The notes under the pieces were generated by a model, which saw only the letters and a program-made list of their open reading frames with translations, searched no databases and was not told where the DNA came from. Positions 1-9,233 of a stretch of DNA of 35,391 nucleotides are shown piece by piece. The stretch's first letter is position 1. Every line of letters begins with the position of its first letter. The stretch is from the IMG/VR virus record IMGVR_UViG_3300019781_000047, positions 1 to 35,391 of that record; one strand, given 5' to 3'. The DNA comes from a virus (lineage: Duplodnaviria; Caudoviricetes). Both the position numbers and the translations under genes were made by a program.

Positions 1-1
1 G

Positions 2-2278
2 ACTCCACCAGCTACACAAGAGCGCAATGGCATGGCGGATATGCCCAACATTAACACGAAACAATTTCAGGCGAAAGTGGACACGTATCGCAATACATGG
101 ATGGCGATGGCGGCGCAGGGCGATGGCTACGTGGAAGTGCTCGCGGAGCACGATGACCCGATGGAAGCGGAGCGCAGGGGCAAGGTGCTCACGGAAGAAA
201 TGAACTCGGCAATTCGTCGGTGGGATAACCCCGATTTCGAGCAGGGCAATCAATACATCCTCGAAACCGCCGCACGCGATACGCAAATGGGGCTTTACGG
301 CATTGGCATTGCTTTCTTTCCAGACTCCATTGATTTCAGGTTCAAGATGATTCCGACACGGCGCGTGCTGTTGCCGGATGGCACCCGGCTTTCGATGGAC
401 AACACATCGGCCATGTGGATTGAGGATCAAATGTCAGTGACCGATCTTTATGCCAAGCGAAAGCTGCCCGGCTGGAACGAAAACGCGATCCTGAGAAACC
501 TCTACGCACACGTAGAACTTGTGTCACAAAACAGATACACAGGATACGCGGAATGGGTGAATCAGATTCGCAATAATGACGCATGGCTACTGAGCGAGTT
601 TCAGCCCGTGCGACTCATTCACATGTTCACCAAGGAGTTTGACGGCACGATCACGCACTCCATGTTCACGGATTTATTCGGCAACCTTGGCGCGGATGAA
701 TTGGCGAAAAGGAAAGACGCGGATTCATTCATTTACGACAAGCTGAAAGTGGCAAAACGCTGGCAGCAAGTGCTGATTCCGTTCGCCGATAACGCAGGGC
801 CGGAGTGCGACTGGCACGGCGTAAAGGGCTTTGGCGATCTCATCTTTGACGGGTGTCATTTGAACAATTTGATGTTCAACCGAGGGGCGGCTGGGGCGGT
901 TATTTCAAATATGCTCATGTTTAAGGGAATGAGCGAGTCGGACACGCAAAAGCTGGATCAGATCACGATGACGCATCTAGGCATCATGGCTCCCGGACTG
1001 GAATTGGAGCAGGTTCGTTTTCAGGCGGATATTGAAGGTGCGCTTTCCATCGTCGGCATGGGCAGTCAGTTGCTCGCGGAAAACACTCGTATCTCTCCGC
1101 AGAACGATAAAACGACGACTGGCGAACAGCCAACAGCAACGCAGGTAACGGCGGATCGTGCGGACAGAGCGCAATTCTCCACGCTACAAATCATGGTGTA
1201 TCGCAGCGTCGGCTTGGACGTGCTTTTCAGTGAGATGTATCGGCGTCTCGCGCAACCCGCGAGCAAGTATCCGCCAGCGTGGGGCGGCGGCGAAGTGGCA
1301 AAACGATTCCGTGACCGATGCGCCAAGCGCGGTATCCCGGACGGCGAATTGATGGACGTGAAATGCGTGCGGGCAAATCGCAACATCGGCAGTGGCGATC
1401 TCGCGCTGGATTTGATGAAGGGCAAGGAACTCATGGGCATTGCTACGCCCGGTAAAGGGCAACTGAACGCCCGCAAAGAAATTGCCGCCGCACTCAAGGG
1501 CGTCGAAATGATCTCGGCGTTTGTGGAGGAAGCAGAACCGCAACCCGGACAGGACGAAGTTCAAATTGACAACGAAAACAACCTGATTCAACTCGGACAG
1601 CCGCCCATTGCGTTTGGATTCCAAGATCAGGAAAGGCACGTTGCGAAGCACATGGAGCTTCTTTCGCAGGCCGCGCAGATGATTCCGCAGTTGATGCAGC
1701 AAGGGATCGGGCCGCAAAACTTGGAGGGAGCCAAGAAGCTCAGCAACCTCATGGCGGCTGGCGTCGCGCACGTAGGGCAACACGTTCAACTCATGGCATC
1801 CATCCCGCGCACAGGAACCGCGCCAGCGATGTATGAGCAGGTAGTCGCGGAGATCACCAAACAGTTGCATAATTTGCAACAGTTGGGTCAATCGCTCGAA
1901 GAAGATGTTCAGAAAGCAGATGTTCAGGCGCAGCCGCAGATGACGCCTGAGATGATGAAAGCGCAGCAGGATATGCAGATCAAACAGGCGCAAGCCGAAC
2001 AGGACATGGCGTTGAAAGAAAAAGCGCATCAGGCCAAGCTCGGCAATCTCGCTGTCACTACGCAGGCGAGAACGCAGATGAAGGAAATGGATCACGCGAT
2101 GACCAAGCAGCAACAGGACGAGCAGAAACGCCAACAGCTATTCCATGAAGAGGCGCAGAGCGCGCAAGACCTGACGCTCAATGAGGCGTTTGCCGCGCAA
2201 GAACTCCGCGCAGCCGAAGAGAAAGCCGCCGCAATGAAGAAAGCAGAAGCCAAAAAACCCAAACCCAAAAAGAAATGA
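2..2278 (+). CDS. Portal protein (probably 5'-truncated; first ATG in window at 32)
   Basis: Frame is open back to base 2. About 750 aa, upstream of scaffold and capsid, with a long Gln/Ala-rich C-terminal coiled coil like the P22-type portal barrel. Confidence 0.8.
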   Translation, partial: TPPATQERNGMADMPNINTKQFQAKVDTYRNTWMAMAAQGDGYVEVLAEHDDPMEAERRGKVLTEEMNSAIRRWDNPDFEQGNQYILETAARDTQMGLYGIGIAFFPDSIDFRFKMIPTRRVLLPDGTRLSMDNTSAMWIEDQMSVTDLYAKRKLPGWNENAILRNLYAHVELVSQNRYTGYAEWVNQIRNNDAWLLSEFQPVRLIHMFTKEFDGTITHSMFTDLFGNLGADELAKRKDADSFIYDKLKVAKRWQQVLIPFADNAGPECDWHGVKGFGDLIFDGCHLNNLMFNRGAAGAVISNMLMFKGMSESDTQKLDQITMTHLGIMAPGLELEQVRFQADIEGALSIVGMGSQLLAENTRISPQNDKTTTGEQPTATQVTADRADRAQFSTLQIMVYRSVGLDVLFSEMYRRLAQPASKYPPAWGGGEVAKRFRDRCAKRGIPDGELMDVKCVRANRNIGSGDLALDLMKGKELMGIATPGKGQLNARKEIAAALKGVEMISAFVEEAEPQPGQDEVQIDNENNLIQLGQPPIAFGFQDQERHVAKHMELLSQAAQMIPQLMQQGIGPQNLEGAKKLSNLMAAGVAHVGQHVQLMASIPRTGTAPAMYEQVVAEITKQLHNLQQLGQSLEEDVQKADVQAQPQMTPEMMKAQQDMQIKQAQAEQDMALKEKAHQAKLGNLAVTTQARTQMKEMDHAMTKQQQDEQKRQQLFHEEAQSAQDLTLNEAFAAQELRAAEEKAAAMKKAEAKKPKPKKK

Positions 2279-2556
2279 CCAAGAAAGAACTCCACTCACA
2301 CATCGGGCCAAAAGTCATCACCATGATTTCCGATCCGACATTCGCGCATATCATCGAGTGTGCCCGCGAAGAAATGCCGATGGGAATTATCAGCGGCGAT
2401 CCAACATCCATCATCCGCAACGAAGGAAAGATGCAGGGCTGGATCGGTTGCCTGCACTTCCTGAAAACCATCGGGAAATTAAAGACGGAAGAACCGCAAG
2501 TGACAACGCACCAGCTTTACGCAGACCCAAACACAGAAAATCAACCCAAGAAATAA
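2275..2556 (+). CDS. Small head-assembly-associated protein (post-portal position)
   Basis: ATGA overlap with the portal stop. 93 aa helical protein with 'RNEGKMQGW', resembling small genes between portal and scaffold in podoviruses. Confidence 0.6.
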   Translation: MTKKELHSHIGPKVITMISDPTFAHIIECAREEMPMGIISGDPTSIIRNEGKMQGWIGCLHFLKTIGKLKTEEPQVTTHQLYADPNTENQPKK

Positions 2557-2559
2557 ATT

Positions 2560-2802
2560 ATGATCATCCACACAATATCAGACGCCAACTCTTGGATGGA
2601 GCATATCGAGCGAGTTCGATTATTGCCCGATCCTACGCTTCAAAAACTAGCTACCGGCCACCTTCCTTTTGAATCCAATCAATCAGCCAGTCATCAAGTA
2701 TCAGGGAAAAGCTCTGAGTTATCTAATTTGATGGGAAGATGGGCGGCAACATTTTTGAAACAAAAAGAAAACCCAACCACAAAACCAATACAACTGATAT
2801 GA
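2560..2802 (+). CDS. Hypothetical protein (80 aa)
   Basis: Fills the gap exactly: starts 3 nt after the previous stop and ends in an ATGA overlap with the scaffold start at 2799. Confidence 0.5.
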   Translation: MIIHTISDANSWMEHIERVRLLPDPTLQKLATGHLPFESNQSASHQVSGKSSELSNLMGRWAATFLKQKENPTTKPIQLI

Positions 2803-3938
2803 ACGCTACCATCGAAGCACCAACCGAAACGAAACCCGCAACAGAAACATCAGCCGCCACTCCACCGCCAGCGGAAACGCCATCGGTAATGACGCCGGAA
2901 CAGGTGGATGCAGTTGTCGGGAATCTGCTTAAACCCAAAGTCACAAAGCTGCCTGAAATCCAGCAGCAACAGCCCGCGAAGCCCAAGGAGAAACCGCCCG
3001 AAAAGGCTCCCGATAAACCCGCTGACGACAAGGAAATCAACTTCGCCAATCTTCGCAAGAAAGCGGAGGAATCGGAGAAACGTGCGGCTGAACGCGAGGC
3101 TGAATTGACGAAGATTCGTGAGGAATACGACACGTTCAAAAAGAACCCGATTCCAAAGGAGTTTGAGGAAAAGCTGACGGCGGCAGAGAAGCGCGCACTG
3201 GAGGCCGATGAACGTGCATCCCGCGCTGACTTGAGCGAAAGCCCTGCTTTCCAAGCGCAGTTTCAGCCGGGCATCCAAGAGGCCGCTGGCATCATGGTTG
3301 AAGAATTGAAGGAGCTTGGCGTTGAACCAGCCGACATCAATTCGGCAATCGCTTCTTGGAATAAAGAGCAGTTCGCAGAGTGGGCGGATTCAATGCCCGC
3401 GCTGTCCCGTGACCGCTTTTTACGCGCTCACACGGAGGCTGTGAATCTCGATGCCAAACGCTCGCGGGCACTCGCCGATCATCGCAAGACTCGCGCATCA
3501 CTTGATGAGCAAAACAGGAACGCTCAAAAGCAACAGCAGGAACAGTATTTCGCCAGCTTGAAGTCAGAGCGTGATTCGGTGTTCGCTGAGATCGAAGCTT
3601 CGCACAAAGAGCTTCTGGCCGATCCTGATATTCGCAGGCAAACGGGGGAAATGTTGGATCGCGCCATCGGCGCAGACGGAAAGGGATTATCCACCCGCGA
3701 TATGCTCTCCACACTCGCGCATACACACACGCTTGCCCACCATTTCAAACGTGTCGAAGGTGAACGCCAGAAATTGTCCGATGAACTTACGGAAGCCAAA
3801 AAGACGTTGGCGGAACGGGACAGTTTCATCGCCACATTGAACGGTTCTACGCCCGTGCCCAGCGGCACCACGCCTCCTGATAAGGCTGACGTGGATTCGA
3901 TTGTGAGCAAGCTGCTGCGGCCAACTGTAAAGGGGTAG
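2799..3938 (+). CDS. Capsid scaffolding protein
   Basis: Start reassigned to ATG 2799 (ATGA overlap). Pro/Thr/Glu-rich disordered N-terminus, 'NFANLRKKAEE' then long coiled coils; directly precedes the major capsid gene; no Cys. Confidence 0.75.
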   Translation: MNATIEAPTETKPATETSAATPPPAETPSVMTPEQVDAVVGNLLKPKVTKLPEIQQQQPAKPKEKPPEKAPDKPADDKEINFANLRKKAEESEKRAAEREAELTKIREEYDTFKKNPIPKEFEEKLTAAEKRALEADERASRADLSESPAFQAQFQPGIQEAAGIMVEELKELGVEPADINSAIASWNKEQFAEWADSMPALSRDRFLRAHTEAVNLDAKRSRALADHRKTRASLDEQNRNAQKQQQEQYFASLKSERDSVFAEIEASHKELLADPDIRRQTGEMLDRAIGADGKGLSTRDMLSTLAHTHTLAHHFKRVEGERQKLSDELTEAKKTLAERDSFIATLNGSTPVPSGTTPPDKADVDSIVSKLLRPTVKG

Positions 3939-3949
3939 AAAAAAAGATG

Positions 3950-3984
3950 TTGACGTGAAGCGATATTTCGCTTACACGGACATT
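3950..3984 (+). promoter_or_regulatory. Putative late promoter TTGACG-N17-TACACG(GACATT) with an inverted repeat in the spacer
   Basis: TTGACG 3950-3955, TACACG 3973-3978. AAGCGA-tatt-TCGCTT at 3958-3973. Near-identical motif at 11633-11667. Confidence 0.55.
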
Positions 3985-4107
3985 CAGCGTAGCACAAATA
4001 GTGCAATCAGCGGATTCTCGATTGAGCCGTAAGTAGTGGTAGTTCCGGCGAACTACAAGAGATGAAGTCTGAGTGGGATCGCCCTCGCAAGCGATCAACG
4101 GTCACTC
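3981..4107 (+). ncRNA. Putative structured 5' leader of the major capsid gene
   Basis: Four tandem hairpins: 3992-4004, 4011-4029, 4039-4056 (perfect 7 bp GTAGTTC/GAACTAC) and 4071-4107, followed by an unstructured A/C tract before the ATG. Confidence 0.4.
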
Positions 4108-4139
4108 ACACATCAACTCAAAAACAACAAACTACTCTT

Positions 4140-5573
4140 ATGAGCGAATCAGTAATCGGTTCCATCGGCTGTTCTGCCGATATTTCAAATCACTTCTCCG
4201 TAGCCCAGCACTACCTCGACCCCATCTTCTCCAAGCTGAATGGTCGTCAAGGCGTGTGGGACGGCATGATCAAAAACGGCGGTCGCTTCCCTGTGGGCAG
4301 CGGCTTTGCTTCTCGCGTCACTACACTTGCTCAACAGCGTCTCGGCTTTCAGGATTTGAACCTGTGGCAAGACATGGTTGGGCTTCAATCGGATTGCGCG
4401 GTAACGTGCGATCCTCCTAACAAGGTCGTCAATCCCGGCAACGCGAACCATCAGTGGTATCGTTTGATGAATATTTCGTATAATACTCAACCGTATTGTC
4501 TCGAATCCATGTTCGCCGCATCGCTCTCGCTCGATCAGCAGATTGAGCAGATTTACAAAGACCTCATGTATATCCGCTCGGATGTCATGGACGAGTTCTA
4601 TCGTAACAATCAAGTTGGGCTTTCCGCCTTCCGCTGGTTGGGCTACGATCCGACTACGGCGCAGGGCGGTTCCCCGGCACTTATGCAGAGCCAGTGGGAG
4701 TTTGCTACGGACTCCAACGGCAACGTGGACACGACCTATATCATTCTCGATTCCACCGTGAATCCAAACAGCATTTCGCTGCTCTCCACGGATATTCTGA
4801 ATCGCATCCGCAACTACGGCATCCCGCTTGGCACCTTCAATCCAGAAGGCGAGATCAAGCTGGTGACGGATTACGAGACATTCAGTGCGTTGCCGCTGTA
4901 TGACACGAATCGCCGCGAGGATAACCGTTTCCGCGCTCCTGTTTCGCTCAATCCTGATTACGTGGCTACCACCCACTACGCAGGATACGCACTCAAGAAC
5001 GATTACTTCCAGCTTCGCTACAACTGGACAACGACCGACCCGGCCTACCCGAACGGCGTGCTCAAGCGCGTGTATCAGTGGAGCAATCAGCTTCTCAGCG
5101 AAGGCTGCTTCTCGCAAACCAATCAGGACTATGTGGACGCTGATTTCAGCCTCAACATTCCTTGGAGCGATACCGATGCCGTGTTTGAAACGCAGAACGG
5201 CGAACAGCCGCTCTCCGCTGGATCAGGCGTCAACTTCCAAGCCTCTGCCTCTCCTTGGGACGGCACATGGCGCTGGATCAACGAAGTAAACGAAGTCACC
5301 CCATGCAACCAAGATCGCAACAAAGGATACTGGCGCATGGTGCTAAAAAAGGCGGCGAAACCGCTCATGTTTGGGCAACGCGGTCACGTCATTCTTTCCC
5401 GTCGCTTCCCGCTTCGTGGAGTCACCCGCGCCTGCGCTACGCTGCAAGTCAGCACGACTGGCTCGGTGGATTGCACAAACAACTGTCCCGCACAGGACTT
5501 CTACCCGCCAGCCTTGGTGGAAAGATACACTTGCGGCGGTTGGAACTCGGCTGGTTCTTGCGCCACTTCTTAG
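4140..5573 (+). CDS. Major capsid protein (477 aa, Cys-rich)
   Basis: Follows the scaffold, has its own promoter/leader and a downstream GC-rich hairpin. Start set at ATG 4140 after an A/C-rich leader. 11 Cys. Call is positional; fold not verified. Confidence 0.8.
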   Translation: MSESVIGSIGCSADISNHFSVAQHYLDPIFSKLNGRQGVWDGMIKNGGRFPVGSGFASRVTTLAQQRLGFQDLNLWQDMVGLQSDCAVTCDPPNKVVNPGNANHQWYRLMNISYNTQPYCLESMFAASLSLDQQIEQIYKDLMYIRSDVMDEFYRNNQVGLSAFRWLGYDPTTAQGGSPALMQSQWEFATDSNGNVDTTYIILDSTVNPNSISLLSTDILNRIRNYGIPLGTFNPEGEIKLVTDYETFSALPLYDTNRREDNRFRAPVSLNPDYVATTHYAGYALKNDYFQLRYNWTTTDPAYPNGVLKRVYQWSNQLLSEGCFSQTNQDYVDADFSLNIPWSDTDAVFETQNGEQPLSAGSGVNFQASASPWDGTWRWINEVNEVTPCNQDRNKGYWRMVLKKAAKPLMFGQRGHVILSRRFPLRGVTRACATLQVSTTGSVDCTNNCPAQDFYPPALVERYTCGGWNSAGSCATS

Positions 5574-5574
5574 C

Positions 5575-5625
5575 GGAATGGTCATTCCCTCGCCGCCGTA
5601 TTGGGCGGCGGCGGGGGTTGACCCC
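5575..5625 (+). terminator. GC-rich hairpin cluster after the capsid stop (mRNA stabiliser or attenuator)
   Basis: 12-bp stem 5587-5598/5606-5617 (one G-U pair), overlapping alternative stems 5575-5588 and 5614-5625. No U-tract, so not a canonical intrinsic terminator. Confidence 0.5.
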
Positions 5626-5639
5626 TATAAAACAAAACT

Positions 5640-5978
5640 ATGGCACTTCCTACTTGCAATCCTTGGACAAGCAACACCATCCGCGACACCGATCAGGTCG
5701 CGGCCTGCAAAGAACGCAGCGCACGGGCAAGCTTTCAGGAGCTACCCGATGTTACGTTCCTTCTCGCGGTTCTCGACTCGCTTCAACGCCTCGCGGTGGC
5801 TGGGGCGGAGGGCTTCGAGAATCTTGACGCATTTGAAATGTGCGACAGCGAAGCAAACGCGCACGACGCTTATGTGCGTATCCACGAAATCAGCCCGCCG
5901 ATTCAAGCGAACGCGGCGGAGTTGAAACAACTCATCCTCTGGCAACTTGCCAATCCGCTCTGCGCGTTGGGAGCATAA
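5640..5978 (+). CDS. Putative virion structural (decoration/head completion) protein
   Basis: Immediately after the capsid gene; A/C-rich leader; 4 Cys. Confidence 0.55.
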   Translation: MALPTCNPWTSNTIRDTDQVAACKERSARASFQELPDVTFLLAVLDSLQRLAVAGAEGFENLDAFEMCDSEANAHDAYVRIHEISPPIQANAAELKQLILWQLANPLCALGA

Positions 5979-5984
5979 ACCATC

Positions 5985-6329
5985 ATGGCTCTTACATCAT
6001 GCGACTGCATCAAGGAGCAAACACCGAATGAAGTTCAGCAGAGCATTTATTGCGCTCTGCTGACACTCATCGAGGCATCGGGTGGCGATGTTGGCTCCGA
6101 TCAATACACGTCTGCTCCTGCGCTTGTAACGGCCAGCGGCTCGATTCCAGCCGGTGTTCTCGGATGGAGTATTACGGCCATATCCGGCACTGTGACCGTC
6201 AACGGAACCTCGCTTGCGAACGGGAACACCGTGCGCGGCGGCGGCTATGGCGGGCGCACCCTTAAAACAGCAATCGCTTACACCATCACGGCAGGTAGCG
6301 CGATGGTGAGCACAGACACTCCAAGCTGA
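5985..6329 (+). CDS. Putative virion decoration protein
   Basis: N-terminal SCDC plus short helix, then a Gly/Thr-rich beta domain. Confidence 0.55.
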   Translation: MALTSCDCIKEQTPNEVQQSIYCALLTLIEASGGDVGSDQYTSAPALVTASGSIPAGVLGWSITAISGTVTVNGTSLANGNTVRGGGYGGRTLKTAIAYTITAGSAMVSTDTPS

Positions 6330-6862
6330 TGCCCGCTGAAACCGAAACCAGTATAGCAACTCCCGTAAGTGTCGCAAAAGGCGGCACGGGGCTGACAGCA
6401 GGCACCAGCGGCGGTATTCCCGCTTACACAGGAACGGGCACCATCGCCTCATCGGGCTTGCTCGCAGCGAACGCGCTCATGATCGGCGGCGGGGCTGGCG
6501 TTGCGCCGTCTACGACGACCACGGGCGCGGGCGTGCTGACTGCTCTCGGCATCGCCCCAAACGCAGCGGGCGGGTTTTCAACGCTTCGTAGCTTCACCGG
6601 AAGCACGTCATTGAATGGAGTTGAAGTCCCCGCATTCTCTTTACTCGGAATCGTAATTACAGTGACGGGTGCAGCGGCTGGCGATAAGGCTATTGTTAAT
6701 TTTCCGGTTGCAGACAGTTCAGGGATAGCCTTGCAGGGGCCAATCGTAGTCACCACTAACACAGTTACCGCCTATCTTTATGCAGCATCAGATGACGGGA
6801 TTTTTTATCCTGACGCCACATGGACTAACGGTCAATCCATCACCGCTCAAATCATCAAATGA
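6329..6862 (+). CDS. Short fibre/spike-like structural protein
   Basis: 'VSVAKGGTG' and 'GGGAGVAPSTTTTG' fibre-type motifs, beta-rich C-terminal domain; TGATG coupling to the upstream gene. Confidence 0.6.
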   Translation: MPAETETSIATPVSVAKGGTGLTAGTSGGIPAYTGTGTIASSGLLAANALMIGGGAGVAPSTTTTGAGVLTALGIAPNAAGGFSTLRSFTGSTSLNGVEVPAFSLLGIVITVTGAAAGDKAIVNFPVADSSGIALQGPIVVTTNTVTAYLYAASDDGIFYPDATWTNGQSITAQIIK

Positions 6863-7131
6863 GAACCCACGAAGAATCTCTAGCTTATAACGCGGCAAAC
6901 CAAGTCCGCAAAACCGCACTCGCCGGACTGGAAACCATCTTCGTCAAAGAGTTTTCCACCGTTCCCGGCGGACTCATGGCTCCGTTATTTGCGGGCCTTG
7001 TTGAACTCATCAAACGCGGGATGTTCGACCGTGCAAAGGTGCTTGTCGGCAGCGTGACGGAACCGCCTCCCGGCATCACCACCGAGCGCATGGACGAAGT
7101 AAAGGCTCAAATCCTCGCACTATTCCCATAA
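6859..7131 (+). CDS. Hypothetical protein, possible fibre assembly chaperone
   Basis: ATGA overlap with the fibre gene; small helical protein. Function inferred from position only. Confidence 0.5.
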   Translation: MRTHEESLAYNAANQVRKTALAGLETIFVKEFSTVPGGLMAPLFAGLVELIKRGMFDRAKVLVGSVTEPPPGITTERMDEVKAQILALFP

Positions 7132-7143
7132 CCATAAACCACT

Positions 7144-8193
7144 ATGTCATGCTGTAACACTTGCGGATCGAGTCAGGGATGCAACTGCAACTACACCGTA
7201 GTTCAGGCAGATAATCCCGTGGTTGGATACAGCGCGGCAAACATCAATCTCACCGGGATCGGCGTGTATGATAGCACGAACGGCACAGAGTTCGACTTTC
7301 GCGGCATCACATCGGCCAACAACGCACTGATTGTGACGCTGGATGCGCCGAACAACACTGTCCTGCTCACGATGGACATTCAGCAGATCATTGATGACTT
7401 GCCGGATGCAACCACCACTCAGCGCGGCGTGCTTGAAACTGCTACGGATGCAGAGGCACAGGGCAAGGCACTTGATAATAAGATTCTCACGCCACTCAAC
7501 TTGGCGGCGATTGGAGCCACTAGCAGCTTCGCGGGACTCATTGAGATAGCAACGAACGCGGAAGCACTCGCAGGGGCATCCACCAGCCTCGCCATCACGC
7601 CCGCGAACATGGCTTACGTCAATGCGACACAACTGGCGACAGTGGTGTTTGCCGATGCCGTAGCAAGGGCGGCGGCGGTGCCTGCGTTTAAGGGGCAGTT
7701 TGGGTATCAGTCGGATACCTTGCAACCCTACGTGGCCTATTCCACCGTAGCGGGACAATGGGCACCGATGCTTGCCGATGGTGCGCCCAATGTTTTTACG
7801 GGCAACCCCGTGGATATTGATGTGTCTGCGGGAAGCATGGACTTTTACGGAACGCTGTCGTTTGCCGATGATGTTTTTTTCGTCAATACTGCCAAGCTAG
7901 GCTTTCAGGCGGGTTCGATTCTCGACTTTAGCAGTTTTTCATTTATCAAGATTGACACAATCTCTGTTCCAGCCAACAGCGTATTAGGGACATCAGGAAC
8001 GGCGGGCTATCCTACGAGCCGCCCGCTGAGTAACTTTATCAGCACGGGCTACACGCAGACGGGCTACACGACATTTGCAAATCCGGCAACACTGAGAACC
8101 TGCGATACAGCCACGGTAACGCTTCCGCAACTCGCTCAGATTGTCGGCACACTCATTGAAGATTTGAAAGCGGTCAAACTGCCAGCAACCTAA
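7144..8193 (+). CDS. Tail/head fibre protein
   Basis: N-terminus MSCCNTCGSSQGCNC; two fibre repeats 'ATTTQRGVLETATDAE..TP' and 'ATSSFAGLIEIATNAE..TP'; C-terminal amphipathic helix 'LAQIVGTLIEDL'. Confidence 0.7.
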   Translation: MSCCNTCGSSQGCNCNYTVVQADNPVVGYSAANINLTGIGVYDSTNGTEFDFRGITSANNALIVTLDAPNNTVLLTMDIQQIIDDLPDATTTQRGVLETATDAEAQGKALDNKILTPLNLAAIGATSSFAGLIEIATNAEALAGASTSLAITPANMAYVNATQLATVVFADAVARAAAVPAFKGQFGYQSDTLQPYVAYSTVAGQWAPMLADGAPNVFTGNPVDIDVSAGSMDFYGTLSFADDVFFVNTAKLGFQAGSILDFSSFSFIKIDTISVPANSVLGTSGTAGYPTSRPLSNFISTGYTQTGYTTFANPATLRTCDTATVTLPQLAQIVGTLIEDLKAVKLPAT

Positions 8194-8197
8194 CACT

Positions 8198-9229
8198 ATG
8201 TCTGACTCCTGCTCACCCTGCTCGCCAGCAAACGTCGTTTTCCAAGCTGCCTGCACCGATCCCGGTTCAGCCACGACCTTGCGCCATTTAACGGGGCTGG
8301 ATAGTCAGTTCTGCGAGCGTCGAATCTTGCCCGGTGACGGCGGCTATCTGGTAGCACGCGCCACTGGCAGCGGCGGATGGCTTATTGGCTTCACGACTGA
8401 GCCAGTGGTTCCACTGAGCAATTTCACGGCGGCGCAGACAACGGCTTTCGGGAACTTGGTGGTTCAGGGCAGCGACAACATCATGCGGACGCTCACGGGG
8501 CCAGCCGTTGCGAATCTGTATATGTCCACGAACGCGGCGGGGCAGTTGAGCTTTGGCGCGTTGCCAGCCGCCACCGTGCCTGATCCGCTCACGGTTGGCG
8601 TCGCAAACGTCATCACGACACTGAACGCCGCCGATGTGAATATCACGGGCACGGTGACGGCTACGGGGCTTGCGACGGGCACGCTGACAAGCATCGTTGG
8701 ATTGAACGCCAGCAATCAGTTGATCAAAGGCACAATCGCTAACACGGGATCGCAGTGTGCCGCGTTTTATGAGGCGGCGGTTTCTCCTGCTCCTACGGGA
8801 AATACGCCGAATGTCAGTGCGGTTTCTGGCAATCCACTGATTATCGGGAATCTTCTGTTCGACAGCACGACAACCGCTGGAAATGTCGCGGGACTGTTTG
8901 CTGTCACCAATTCAGTCACGCTCACCTGTCTTATTGCCGGAACCTATGTGGCAGATTTTGGCGGGATGGTTGTAAATACGCTCGCAAGCGAATCCAATAA
9001 CGGAAAGCCAAACATCGCGCTTTCGGTGAATGGAATTATTGTGAACTCAGGCAATGCGTCGAACAACAACGCGCAGCGCGGATCGTATCAGAATGTTGTC
9101 AGTCTTTGGGGGCAGGAAATGCGGAGATACGCCGTTGGCGACACCATCCAGCTTGTCCTTGGATCGAACACAAGCGCATCATCCAAGGTGTATGAAGTTC
9201 GCTGTAATTTAACCCGTCTAGGCGCGTGA
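8198..9229 (+). CDS. Fibre/receptor-binding protein with C1q/BclA-like C-terminal head
   Basis: Cys-containing N-terminus, Gly/Thr/Ala-rich shaft, and C-terminal 'LIAGTY...LSVNG...AVGDTIQL...LTRL' pattern typical of TNF/C1q-fold trimeric heads. Confidence 0.65.
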   Translation: MSDSCSPCSPANVVFQAACTDPGSATTLRHLTGLDSQFCERRILPGDGGYLVARATGSGGWLIGFTTEPVVPLSNFTAAQTTAFGNLVVQGSDNIMRTLTGPAVANLYMSTNAAGQLSFGALPAATVPDPLTVGVANVITTLNAADVNITGTVTATGLATGTLTSIVGLNASNQLIKGTIANTGSQCAAFYEAAVSPAPTGNTPNVSAVSGNPLIIGNLLFDSTTTAGNVAGLFAVTNSVTLTCLIAGTYVADFGGMVVNTLASESNNGKPNIALSVNGIIVNSGNASNNNAQRGSYQNVVSLWGQEMRRYAVGDTIQLVLGSNTSASSKVYEVRCNLTRLGA

Positions 9230-9233
9230 ACCT

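Noticed and set aside
4060-4110. Hammerhead ribozyme or tRNA in the capsid leader
   Set aside because: CTGAGTG does not match the CUGANGA core, there is no properly placed GAAA, and no tRNA T-loop or acceptor geometry.
5571-5640. Stop-codon readthrough fusing the capsid to the in-frame downstream gene at 5640
   Set aside because: Two more in-frame stops (TGA, TAA) intervene before 5640.
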